Part shown: piece after piece, positions 22,358-32,056 of the stretch
Position numbering within the stretch: position 1 is the stretch's first letter
Layout: the number at the start of each line of letters is the position of its first letter
DNA from: Bacteroidales bacterium
Lineage (GTDB): Bacteria > Bacteroidota > Bacteroidia > Bacteroidales > UBA3824
Reading direction: 5' to 3'
DNA: 64,000 nucleotides
Assembly: GCA_017417315.1 (NCBI GenBank)
Contig: JAFPZK010000053.1
Coordinates: 31,798 to 95,797 of the forward strand
The notes under the pieces: model-generated
Database searches by the model: none
What the model was told of the DNA's origin: nothing
The model's input: only the letters and a program-made list of their open reading frames with translations
Program-made: the position numbers and the translations under genes

Positions 22358-24280
22358 ATGCTGAGACGGATTTTTTTGCTTTTAACGGTTATTGTTGTTA
22401 ATACGTGTTATGTTTTCCCGCAAATAGAAATCGATTATTCCGATTTTGCGAATGTGGGCGACGGATATGTTTACGCCGTTAAAACTTTTAAGGAAGGACA
22501 AATGACTATTTCTAAACTCGATTCTCTGAAATGGGATATATCTTCTTTTAAACCAGATACTTACGATACAGTGAGATTTTATCCCAAACATCGCAGCCGT
22601 TATGGAAACTTGTTTCCTAATGCCGAGGTTTTGAAATTTCAGACAAAAAAGAATATGGAGTTTTTGACAATCGACTCCTCAAAAGTAAAAATGCACGGAA
22701 TTATCAACGATTATTTAGGACTGAAAGCCGCCGTCGTTTTGGTTTTTCCGACCGAGTTGGCGGTTTATAAATTTCCGCTAAAAAAAGGTAAAGTCTTGAA
22801 TGACAGTATTTCAAAGAATTTTGTTTCGAGTTACGGTTTAAAACAATTTGCCGATTCTATCCGCATAGACCTGGATATGAGCAATTATTCTGTTTTTGAC
22901 ACTTCGGGTTTTGTTAAAACACCGACCGACGGTTACGAAACGTTGAGGGAAAAAAATACGGTTTACAAAAAAATGATTGCTTATAAAAATTCTCATCTTA
23001 CCGGCTGGGTTCCTGCGCGGGAATTTTCGAGTACGACAAAAACAGTTTATTACCGTTGGTTTGCCAAGAAAAACGGTATTGCGGTCATGGAAGCCGAAGG
23101 CGACGAAAAAGGCAACATCACGGCAATCCGTTATCAGCACCGTCAGCCTATGCAGGTATCAATCGAAAAAACGGACGTTAATTGCAAAGGAAAAAATACG
23201 GGTTCGCTTTTTGTAAACGTCAGCGGCGGCACTCCTGACTATAAATTTGTTTGGTCTCATGGCAAAAAAGGCAGAAAACTCGATTCTCTGAAAGCCGGTG
23301 TTTACACAGTTGAAGTAACCGATTGTAAAGGCGAAAGACGAACCCAAAGCGTCGAAATAAAAGAACCCGATGAGGAATTGATTTTGAAAATAAACTTCAA
23401 AGACATAACTTGTTACGGTGCTAACGATGCCGTCTTGAAAGCGGACGTCAAAGGCGGAACAAAGCCTTATTATATAGTGTGGTCTGACGATACGGAGGCT
23501 GACGAAATCACTAAAAAAGGTTCAGGAATTTACGGCTGTATTGTCAGAGATGCTCGGAGGTGTTTTTCTTGGGATTCGGTTGAAATTACTCAGCCGGAGA
23601 CTTCGCTTACTTTTTCACCGAGGGTAGAACATTCTCAATGCAGTGGTCAGGCAAAAGGGAAAATATTTTTTGAAGTCTCGGGCGGCGAAAAGCCTTATAA
23701 ATATTTCTTGAACGATGAGGAAACCACAGATACGGTAGGAGAGTTGTTTGCCGGCGTTTATCAGACAAAGGTTGTTGACAAACGCGGTTGCGAACTTGTA
23801 CGTAAGGCGGAAGTCCGTCAGCCTGACAAACCTTTGGAAGCCGACGGTGATGTAAAAAACGTAACTTGTTCGGGCGGTAGCAACGGCAGCATTTCTTTGA
23901 AAGTTTCGGGCGGAACTTCCGGGTATAAGTATTTTTGGAGCAACGATGCTCAGAGCCGTGATGTCAGCAATCTTTCGCCCGGAGTTTACAAAGTAAAAAT
24001 AACGGATTCAAAGGATTGTTCGATAGAAAAAAGTTTTATCGTCAACGCGCCGTCATCGGTTCTGAAAATTGAATGTACGGTAAGCGACGTAACGGTTAAA
24101 GGCGGCAGCGACGGTTCAATAAAAGTAAAAGGCTTGGGCGGCGTAGGACCTTATACGGTAACCTGCAACAACAAAAACGATTTCAAAAACCTCAAAGCCG
24201 GAAACTACGACATCAGGCTTTCTGACAAAAACAACTGTACCGTTATCGAAACCGTAATCGTCAGCGAGCCGGAAGAATAA
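22358..24280 (+). CDS. Secreted protein with SprB repeats
   Basis: Repeated C..G.i...vsGGt.pY...W....l.aG.Y.v.v.D...C units. Confidence 0.85.
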   Translation: MLRRIFLLLTVIVVNTCYVFPQIEIDYSDFANVGDGYVYAVKTFKEGQMTISKLDSLKWDISSFKPDTYDTVRFYPKHRSRYGNLFPNAEVLKFQTKKNMEFLTIDSSKVKMHGIINDYLGLKAAVVLVFPTELAVYKFPLKKGKVLNDSISKNFVSSYGLKQFADSIRIDLDMSNYSVFDTSGFVKTPTDGYETLREKNTVYKKMIAYKNSHLTGWVPAREFSSTTKTVYYRWFAKKNGIAVMEAEGDEKGNITAIRYQHRQPMQVSIEKTDVNCKGKNTGSLFVNVSGGTPDYKFVWSHGKKGRKLDSLKAGVYTVEVTDCKGERRTQSVEIKEPDEELILKINFKDITCYGANDAVLKADVKGGTKPYYIVWSDDTEADEITKKGSGIYGCIVRDARRCFSWDSVEITQPETSLTFSPRVEHSQCSGQAKGKIFFEVSGGEKPYKYFLNDEETTDTVGELFAGVYQTKVVDKRGCELVRKAEVRQPDKPLEADGDVKNVTCSGGSNGSISLKVSGGTSGYKYFWSNDAQSRDVSNLSPGVYKVKITDSKDCSIEKSFIVNAPSSVLKIECTVSDVTVKGGSDGSIKVKGLGGVGPYTVTCNNKNDFKNLKAGNYDIRLSDKNNCTVIETVIVSEPEE

Positions 24281-24300
24281 AAAAAAACGGTAATTAAAAA

Positions 24301-25110
24301 TTACCGTTTTTCAAAAGATTCGCATTTACAATCGTAATTTATAAAGTATGTTCCGTTAGGATGTTTTGAAACATCAATGACGGTTGCAAAACCGTTTTCT
24401 ATGCGGTTGCCTGAAAAGTCGAAAATTTCGTAATTCGTAGCCCGCGAAAACGTAATCTTGCCGGAAGTCTGTCCGTTGTTGCCCGGAGTAAACGTTACTT
24501 CGGGAGCAAGATTCGTGAAAGTCATCTCGGTAGAATAACGCGGCTTTTTCGTACAGTCCACTTGTTTTACTCTAAACTTGTTGATTCCGCTGTGAAGCGG
24601 AACTTTCACCGTGTACGAATTTACCCCGGAAGTGCCTTTGCCTTCTATTTGAGCCACTCTTACCCATTTTTTCCATTTGAACTGCTCTACTGAAAATGTC
24701 AGACTGCCCGCCTCGCCTTCGGTTGTGAAGGTGAATGTTCCCGTTTTGTCGAATTTTGAGGAAGTAAGCGTGAAAGTGCTTTTGGGTTTTAACGCATCAC
24801 TGTTCAAGACCTTAGGCGTGCAGCCGTCTTTATGCGTTATGATTATCGTAATTTGGTCGCCTTTTACAAGGTGGTACGCCGAAAGGTTGAGTTCTATTGA
24901 AGAACGGTTTGTGTCGTCTAATGCCGCTTTGCCGTTGACGGTAATTTTGGTAATGCAAAAACCTACCCCGCTTGTAGAAAACGGGTTCATTATATAAAGG
25001 TTGATGCCTTGAAACACACCGTCTATTCTCATTTCCTTTTCAGCAAACGAGTTTGAGCAGGTCAGCACCATTATCAAAAGCAAAAAAAGCGAATGTTTAA
25101 ACTTTTTCAT
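24301..25110 (-). CDS. Hypothetical secreted beta-rich protein with T9SS CTD-like tail
   Basis: Signal peptide; C-terminal YEIFDFSG...IDVSKHPNGTYFI. Confidence 0.65.
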   Translation of the reverse strand: MKKFKHSLFLLLIMVLTCSNSFAEKEMRIDGVFQGINLYIMNPFSTSGVGFCITKITVNGKAALDDTNRSSIELNLSAYHLVKGDQITIIITHKDGCTPKVLNSDALKPKSTFTLTSSKFDKTGTFTFTTEGEAGSLTFSVEQFKWKKWVRVAQIEGKGTSGVNSYTVKVPLHSGINKFRVKQVDCTKKPRYSTEMTFTNLAPEVTFTPGNNGQTSGKITFSRATNYEIFDFSGNRIENGFATVIDVSKHPNGTYFINYDCKCESFEKR

Positions 25111-25176
25111 ATTTCCTCAAAATTTATATCGGGCTATTTAGTTTTACGCCGATAAAATTATGCCAAATTTATTAAT

Positions 25177-26823
25177 TTAATGTAAACTATCTATTAATTT
25201 TAATAATTCACCTACGGCTTCTTCTTCGGGAATTGATTTTTTTATGATTTTGCCGTCTTTGTAGAGCGAAATTTTATTTTTGCCGTCGCCGACATAACCG
25301 TAATCTGCGTCTGCCATTTCGCCCGGACCGTTAACAATACAACCCATAACGGCAATTTTCAAATTCTTGTAATTCTTTGTCGCCTCCTTGATTTTCTTTA
25401 CCGTAGACTGCAAATCGTAAAGCGTTCTGCCACAGCCCGGACAAGACACATATTCGTTGCCGGTTATGCGAAGACGGCTTATTTGAAGAATTTTGAATGC
25501 TAATCGCACCGTTTTTGTAAAATTTCCGTTACTTTCAAGACAAATTCCGTCACCGAAACCGTCTATGAAAACGCCTGCGCAGTCAGAGGCAATCTTAAAG
25601 TCTTCTTTACTTTGAGGACACAAAAGTACGGGATTTTTCATTCCGTTTTTCTCTAATTGATAAAAAATGTAACGGAAGGCTCCGACTTGATTTTTGTTTT
25701 TCGGTTTTGCGACGAGTGTCTTTGTTTTGTTAATTTTTGAAAAATCCGTATCCTCGTCAACAAAAACAAAGTCATTTTTTTTGTCGTCGTCAATCACAAA
25801 ATCGGGTTTTAAATCAAGATTTTCCTGTTCTGCTTCCTTTTTGTCGCTGACAATTACTGCGACGGCAGCAATTCCGTTGTTGAACGGTAGTACTTCGCGC
25901 TTTTTATAATTGTACGGGTCGTAAAAAAACGGAATTTCAGGAAGTTTTTCTGCACCTTTTATATAGTCGGCGTATGAAACAATTTCCTCAGCCGGAAGTA
26001 TTTCGTTTTCGGGATTTTCGGTAAGAGAAACACGGATTGTGTCGCCGATACCGTCGTTTAAGAGCGGACAAATGCCGGCGGCGGATTTTAGTCTGCCGTC
26101 TTCGCCTTCGCCCGCCTCCGTAACGCCGAGATGAAGCGGAAAATTCATATTCTCGTCTTTCATCTTTTTTACCATAAGACGAGCCGCACGGATTGCAACC
26201 GTCGGGTTAGAAGATTTCAGCGAAATTACGATGTCAGAAAAATTTTCTCTGACGGCAACCCGCAAAAACTCCATAACGCTTTCAACCATTCCCTCAGGTG
26301 TGTCGCCGAAGCGGTTAAGAATGCGCGAAGACAAGGAGCCGTGATTAGTCCCGATTCTGACTGCGGTCTTATGCTGTTTGCATACCGCTAAAAAGTCCGA
26401 AAACGTTTTGTCCAAAAGTCTGCCTTCTTCTTCAAACTCCTCCTGACTAAGACACGGCAAAGAGTGATGACCAAAATTGCCCGGATTAACCCTCACTTTT
26501 TCAACGACTTTGGCACATTCAAAAGCGATTGCCGCGTTGAAATGAACGTCAGCAACCAAAGTACAAAGTCCGTCAATACGGGAATGAATTTCTTTCAAGG
26601 CTTCAACGTCTTTTAACGACGGAACGGTTACGCGGACTATTTTACAACCGGTTTTGTTAACTATCCTAACTATTTGTGCGACAGTTTTTTCGATGTCGTT
26701 AGTTGAAGTGTTACACATAGTCTGAACGACTATCGGGTTTTCGCTTCCGATTTTTATACCGCCAGCATTGACCTCACAAGTGAAGTTTCTGTTATAATTA
26801 GTCAGTGATTTTGTGTATTCCAT
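25177..26823 (-). CDS. ispG: 4-hydroxy-3-methylbut-2-en-1-yl diphosphate synthase
   Basis: VRVNPGN, RIGTNHGSLS, PLHLGVTEAG, SCPGCGRT, MGCIVNGPGE. Confidence 0.96.
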   Translation of the reverse strand: MEYTKSLTNYNRNFTCEVNAGGIKIGSENPIVVQTMCNTSTNDIEKTVAQIVRIVNKTGCKIVRVTVPSLKDVEALKEIHSRIDGLCTLVADVHFNAAIAFECAKVVEKVRVNPGNFGHHSLPCLSQEEFEEEGRLLDKTFSDFLAVCKQHKTAVRIGTNHGSLSSRILNRFGDTPEGMVESVMEFLRVAVRENFSDIVISLKSSNPTVAIRAARLMVKKMKDENMNFPLHLGVTEAGEGEDGRLKSAAGICPLLNDGIGDTIRVSLTENPENEILPAEEIVSYADYIKGAEKLPEIPFFYDPYNYKKREVLPFNNGIAAVAVIVSDKKEAEQENLDLKPDFVIDDDKKNDFVFVDEDTDFSKINKTKTLVAKPKNKNQVGAFRYIFYQLEKNGMKNPVLLCPQSKEDFKIASDCAGVFIDGFGDGICLESNGNFTKTVRLAFKILQISRLRITGNEYVSCPGCGRTLYDLQSTVKKIKEATKNYKNLKIAVMGCIVNGPGEMADADYGYVGDGKNKISLYKDGKIIKKSIPEEEAVGELLKLIDSLH

Positions 26824-26832
26824 TTTCTTTTT

Positions 26833-28029
26833 TTATTCTACGTAAAGAACCAAACCTTTAAGATATTCACCCTCAGGGTGATACATAGAAACAGGGTGAT
26901 CGTCGGGCTGGGTTAACTGACGGAGAATTTTCACCTTTCTGCCGGCTTGCAGCGAAGCCTCCATGACTGCCATTCTGAATGTCTGTTTGTCGATAGCCTG
27001 AGAACAAGAAAACGTAAAGAGCAGCGACCCCGGAGCAATTTTTTCCATTGCAGCGCGGTTGATTCTCTGATAACCTTTTACCGCCTGATTAGTAACGTTT
27101 GCGTGTTTTGCAAATGCCGGCGGGTCAAGAATTATTAAATCATATTTGTCTTTTTCCATTTTGTCAAGAAAGTCGAAACCATCGGTTGCAATAGCCTCGT
27201 GGTTGTCTTTGAAACCGTTTATTTCGCCGTTCTTAACGGTAAGATTAATAGCAGTTTGTGAAGCGTCAACGGAAGTAACGCTTTTAGCACCGCCTTTCAA
27301 CGCCGCAACCGAAAAACCTCCCGTATAACAAAACATATTCAAGACCGTTTTGCCTTTTGAATATTGTCTTAACAAATTGCGGTTTTCTCTTTGGTCGATA
27401 AAATAGCCGGTTTTTTGACCTTCTATCACGTTGACAAGAAATTTCATGCCGTATTCGCTGACGGTTTTTTCGCTCAAAGAGCCGTAAAGAAATTTGTTTT
27501 CAACCGTTACTCCGTCGCTTTTGGGCAGAGTTTTGTCGGATTTGTCATAAATGGCAGTGATTTTTTCAGAAAAATGCTCCAAGAAAATCTCTTTGAACAT
27601 TTCTTCTAATTTCCACATACCGAGACTGTGAGCCTGAAAAACCAAAATTCCGTCATAATAATCACAGATAAAGCCCGGAAAACCGTCGCCTTCGCCGTGA
27701 ATTACTCTGAAAACATTAGTTTCAGGGTTGTTGGTGTAACCTAAAACGCCGCGCATTTTTACGGCGTTCAAAATTTTTTTCGTCCAAAATTCTTTGTCGG
27801 GATTTTCTTCTTCAAAGGTAAAAATCCTGACACTTATACTGCCGTTTTTTTGGTAATGACCAAAACCTAAGAACTTTTCGTTGTTGTCGTAGACTGCAAC
27901 ATTTTCGCCGTCGATGGCGTTACCGATTGTTTTTTTTACCGCGCCGGAAAAAATCCACGGGTGAAGCCTCAGGACAGACCTATCTTTGCCCGATTTTAAT
28001 ATTATTTTCGGAAAATTGTATTTATTCAT
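26833..28029 (-). CDS. rlmI: 23S rRNA m5C1962 methyltransferase RlmI-like
   Basis: HPWIFSGA, GQKTGYFIDQRENR, FCYTGGF, LDPPAF, EGEYLK. Confidence 0.88.
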   Translation of the reverse strand: MNKYNFPKIILKSGKDRSVLRLHPWIFSGAVKKTIGNAIDGENVAVYDNNEKFLGFGHYQKNGSISVRIFTFEEENPDKEFWTKKILNAVKMRGVLGYTNNPETNVFRVIHGEGDGFPGFICDYYDGILVFQAHSLGMWKLEEMFKEIFLEHFSEKITAIYDKSDKTLPKSDGVTVENKFLYGSLSEKTVSEYGMKFLVNVIEGQKTGYFIDQRENRNLLRQYSKGKTVLNMFCYTGGFSVAALKGGAKSVTSVDASQTAINLTVKNGEINGFKDNHEAIATDGFDFLDKMEKDKYDLIILDPPAFAKHANVTNQAVKGYQRINRAAMEKIAPGSLLFTFSCSQAIDKQTFRMAVMEASLQAGRKVKILRQLTQPDDHPVSMYHPEGEYLKGLVLYVE

Positions 28030-28106
28030 CGTTTCATATTTTTTAACGCCCAAAATTACTGATTTTTTTTCATTTTTTTATACCTTTGCGGCAAAAATTA
28101 TTTAAA

Positions 28107-29009
28107 ATGGAAAAAGAAAATTCAAATTCAAAATCACCGGTTAATAAAATTTTGTTGGCATTGGTTCTTGTTATGACCGTTGCCGTTATTTGGTTGCTCA
28201 TCGACCGCAGCGCACAAAAGCAACAAGCAGAAGACTTAGTTGCAAAAATCGAAATCGGAAATCTTCAAAAAGATTCTTTGAACCGCGAAATGACTATGAT
28301 TATGGACAGTTATAATCAACTGCAAACCACTAACGATACCATTAACGCGCAACTCGAAGAACAGAAAGCAAAAGTTGCCGAACTTATGACGGCTCTCAAA
28401 CGCACAAAAGCCTCAAACCTTGATTCGTTGAAAAAGTACCGCGCCGAGGTTGAAACTTTGCGTTCTATTATGCGTAGTTTTGTTGTTCAGATTGACAGTC
28501 TCAACACCAAAAACATTATGCTGACCGAAGAAAACAACCGTCTTACCGGTCAACTTTCTAACGCAAGACACGAAAACCGTCAACTCTCAAACGTAAAGGA
28601 TTCTTTGCAGGGACGGGTTAAAGAGGCTGAGGCTCTCAAAGCGCAAAGCATGAGGCTTGTTGCTTTAAACGACCGCGACAACGAAACAACGAGAATCCTT
28701 AAAGCGAAAAAATTCCGTGTAACCTTTACCCTCAACGAAAACGACATGACCAAAAAGGGCGAAAAAGATTTGATGGTAAGGCTCGTAAAACCTGACGGAA
28801 GTATTTTGATGAACGAGAGTTCAGGCTTTTTTAATTTCCAGGGCAAAGAAATCGCTTATTCGTCAAAGAAAAATATTAACTATGACGGAAAGGCTCAAAA
28901 CGCTGTTGTTTATATAATTTCGCGCGAAGTGCTTTCAGCAGGTAATTATCAGGCTGACGTTTTCTGCGAAGGAAGAAATATCGGCTCGGTTGCAATCAAC
29001 GTTAATTAA
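28107..29009 (+). CDS. Membrane-anchored coiled-coil hypothetical protein
   Basis: N-terminal TM helix, long heptad region, C-terminal beta domain; TACCTTTG promoter box at 28081. Confidence 0.75.
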   Translation: MEKENSNSKSPVNKILLALVLVMTVAVIWLLIDRSAQKQQAEDLVAKIEIGNLQKDSLNREMTMIMDSYNQLQTTNDTINAQLEEQKAKVAELMTALKRTKASNLDSLKKYRAEVETLRSIMRSFVVQIDSLNTKNIMLTEENNRLTGQLSNARHENRQLSNVKDSLQGRVKEAEALKAQSMRLVALNDRDNETTRILKAKKFRVTFTLNENDMTKKGEKDLMVRLVKPDGSILMNESSGFFNFQGKEIAYSSKKNINYDGKAQNAVVYIISREVLSAGNYQADVFCEGRNIGSVAINVN

Positions 29010-29017
29010 TAAAAGAT

Positions 29018-31351
29018 ATGTGGAACAAAATTGCAAATTTTATCCTCAATCACAAAAAAATCATACTTATTATAATAGGTGTGATTACCGTTTTTATGGG
29101 GTATAATATGAAGAATCTCCGTATGAAGTACACTACGGCTCTTATGATGAACGAAAGTGATACGGCATATCAAAGATTCTTGGATTTTAGAAAAACTTTC
29201 GGCGAAGACGCAAGCCTTATCGTCTGCGCTTTCGAGGACAAAGATTTTTTAACTCTGGACAAGTATAAAAACTTGTTAAAACTTCATGACAGCCTAAAAA
29301 CCGTTGTCGGCGTAACGAATATTCTTTCGTACACTAACGCGATTGACCTTTCAAAGGACACAACAGAGAAAAAATTTAAGGCTAACAAAATCTTTGACCC
29401 GCAACCAGTTACGCAAAGTCAATTAGATTCATGCTTTGAGTTGGTAAAGAAGTTTAAGTTTTATGACAAAATGCTTTATACCGACAATAACTGCTACGTT
29501 TTGGCGATAACCTGCGATCCGGAGGTTATTTATTGTAAAAAGCGCGACGTTATGGTTTCGGAAATAGAAAGATTGGTCGGACAATTTTCGGTAGAGAATA
29601 ATTCGCCGTATCATATTTCGGGTTTGCCGTACACGAGGTCAAGGCTGATGATTATGGTAAGAGACGAGTTGGTTATCTTCGCAATTATCTCATTGATAGT
29701 AGTTTCGCTAATCTTTATGATATTTTTTAGAAGCGTTAAGACTACGGCTCTTGCGGTTTTGATTGTCTTTACGGGCGTTATCTGGACGATGGCTCTAATG
29801 GCGATTTTTGAGTACGAGATGACGATGATGAGCGGAATGTTAGCACCGCTGCTTATTGTTATCGGTATTCCGAACACCATTTATCTTCTTAACAAATATC
29901 ATCACGTTTACAGAGAAATCCGCGATAGAGAAAAGTCTCTGTTTGAGACAATTACGCAAGTCGGTAAGGCAACGTTTTTAACGAATCTCACTACGGCGGC
30001 AGGTTTTGCAACGTTCCTTATCACGGGCAACGAAATGTTGATGGAGTTCGGTTTGATTGCAACGTTAGGCATTGTTACGATGTTTTTCCTTTCGGTTTTG
30101 ATGGTGCCGTCGCTTTTCAGCCTCGTTAATCCGCCGACTGATAAAGAATTAAAACATCTTGATACGCAATTTGTTAACAAAATCGTTGAAAAATTCGTCT
30201 ATTTGGTTGAAAACCACAGAAAAGCGATTTATATCGGTACGGTTGTTTTGGTTGCGGTTTCTATTTTCGGTATGACACTTTTGAGAAACGAGAGTTTTCA
30301 GGTGGACGACCTTCCCGAACACAATCAGACGTACATCGATTTGAAATATTTTGAAAAAGAGATGAACGGTATCTTGCCGCTCGAAATCTCTATCGACACG
30401 AAAAAGAAAAAAGGACTTCTTAACATCAACACGATTAAAAAAATTGAAGCAATAGAAGATTCTTTAAAATATTTCAACTGTTTGTCGAGCGGAACGTCGA
30501 TTGCCGACGGTCTTAAAATTATCCGCAGAGCATATTATAACGGAAATCCTGACTATTATTCGCTGCCGATGCAGTCGGAATTGCCTTTCATTATGCCTTA
30601 TCTGAAAGGTAATCAGGAGGCGGCTCAAAGCAATCCGATGGCGGGCAATTTGTTGAAGTCAATGGTTGATTCCACGTATGCGCGTGCAAGGATTCAGATG
30701 AGGGTTGCCGACATCGGAACGGTGAGAATGGTTGCCGTTACGGATAGTATTCAAAAAATTATCGACCATTATTTCCCGCCGGAGAAAAACACCTGCGACA
30801 TAACGGGTACGTCAGTGATTTTTGCTTTCGGCTCTTTGAAATTGATTGACAATTTGGTTCAATCGTTGGTTTTGGCGATAATTTTGATTTCGCTTTGTAT
30901 GGTGGGATTGTTTTCGTCGTGGAGAATGGTGTTTATTTCGGTGATTCCGAACTTTATTCCGCTGATTGTTACGGCGGCAATAATGGGATTCTGCGGTATA
31001 AGGCTGAAATCGTCAACGATTCTTGTCTTTAATATTGCGTTCGGTATTTCCGTTGACAACGCTATTCACTTGTTTACGAAATTTCGCCATGAACTTGATT
31101 CAACGAACTACGACACGCCGAAATCCGTAATCGGGGCGTTAAGGGAAACGGGCGTAAGTATCATTTATTCAGCGATAATATTGCTGACGGGCTTTATGAT
31201 TTTCTGTTTCTCGCAGTTCGGCGGAACGATAGCGTTAGGACTTTTAATTGACATAACGCTGTTTGTAGCAATGTTCACTAACCTGCTTTTCTTGCCGTCA
31301 ATGTTGATGAGTTTCAATATTAATTTCAAGAAAAAAGCAAAAAAGGAATAA
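29018..31351 (+). CDS. MMPL/RND family transporter
   Basis: Two repeats of TM clusters plus periplasmic loops; TTAAGF and GISVDNAIH. Confidence 0.9.
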   Translation: MWNKIANFILNHKKIILIIIGVITVFMGYNMKNLRMKYTTALMMNESDTAYQRFLDFRKTFGEDASLIVCAFEDKDFLTLDKYKNLLKLHDSLKTVVGVTNILSYTNAIDLSKDTTEKKFKANKIFDPQPVTQSQLDSCFELVKKFKFYDKMLYTDNNCYVLAITCDPEVIYCKKRDVMVSEIERLVGQFSVENNSPYHISGLPYTRSRLMIMVRDELVIFAIISLIVVSLIFMIFFRSVKTTALAVLIVFTGVIWTMALMAIFEYEMTMMSGMLAPLLIVIGIPNTIYLLNKYHHVYREIRDREKSLFETITQVGKATFLTNLTTAAGFATFLITGNEMLMEFGLIATLGIVTMFFLSVLMVPSLFSLVNPPTDKELKHLDTQFVNKIVEKFVYLVENHRKAIYIGTVVLVAVSIFGMTLLRNESFQVDDLPEHNQTYIDLKYFEKEMNGILPLEISIDTKKKKGLLNINTIKKIEAIEDSLKYFNCLSSGTSIADGLKIIRRAYYNGNPDYYSLPMQSELPFIMPYLKGNQEAAQSNPMAGNLLKSMVDSTYARARIQMRVADIGTVRMVAVTDSIQKIIDHYFPPEKNTCDITGTSVIFAFGSLKLIDNLVQSLVLAIILISLCMVGLFSSWRMVFISVIPNFIPLIVTAAIMGFCGIRLKSSTILVFNIAFGISVDNAIHLFTKFRHELDSTNYDTPKSVIGALRETGVSIIYSAIILLTGFMIFCFSQFGGTIALGLLIDITLFVAMFTNLLFLPSMLMSFNINFKKKAKKE

Positions 31352-31362
31352 AAGACTTTTAT

Positions 31363-31407
31363 AAAAAAAACGGGCAGATTTAATTTCAAAATCTGCCCGT
31401 TTTTTTT
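31363..31407. terminator. Bidirectional rho-independent terminator
   Basis: A-tract ACGGGCAGATTT...AAATCTGCCCGT T-tract between convergent genes. Confidence 0.8.
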
Positions 31408-32056
31408 ATTTTTTTCTTTTGAAAACTACTTTGAAAAGTTCTCCTTCGATGTCGTTAAACATCTGCATTTCAGGTTCTTCTTCTAATGCGCGGCGGATTC
31501 CGCTACCAAGTCCGCTGTATGGCATTAGTTTACTCGAAAAATAAACCATTTGATTATTCCTGATAACAGGATTGCCATATTTTATATCTTCAACGGTTAG
31601 AGAATTTGGTAGTTTTCCGGGGCTAATAATTTCGACCCTGTTACTGAAAATCATTATTCTCACCGGTGAATTTTTGTAATAATCCCTGTGAATCAATGCG
31701 TTAAGAATTATCTCGGTTAATGCAACTTCTGAAATTTCGAGTTTACCGATAGAATTAAATCCTTGTCCGTTTTGAAGACTGAAAAGATGCGATTTTACCC
31801 ATGTTAAACTTTGGTCTAAAAGCATGGGAACTGTACCTTTTAAATCTCGCGGCTTGCTCATATATTGGTTAGAAGATATTTCTGTGCCGTAAATTCTGCT
31901 TTGTTGAAACAACCGCATTATCTCGCTATTGTCGGTCAGAAGCCTCTTGTTAGCACCTTGTTTTAAATATATTTCGCCTTTTGAGGTTTTGTACGGGCGG
32001 TTGATTCCCTCAGGAACGTGAATTAACAAAACTTCATTTGTTTGTGTCATATTCAT
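31406..32056 (-). pseudogene. Remnant of an AlbA_2(Schlafen)/HATPase_c_4 ('RecG C-terminal') regulator
   Basis: EIILNALIHRDY, RVEIISPG, GLGSGIRR motifs. The N-terminal AlbA_2 start is missing and there is an abrupt join at FQQSR|IYGTEI. The ORF start overlaps the pyrG stop. Confidence 0.65.
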
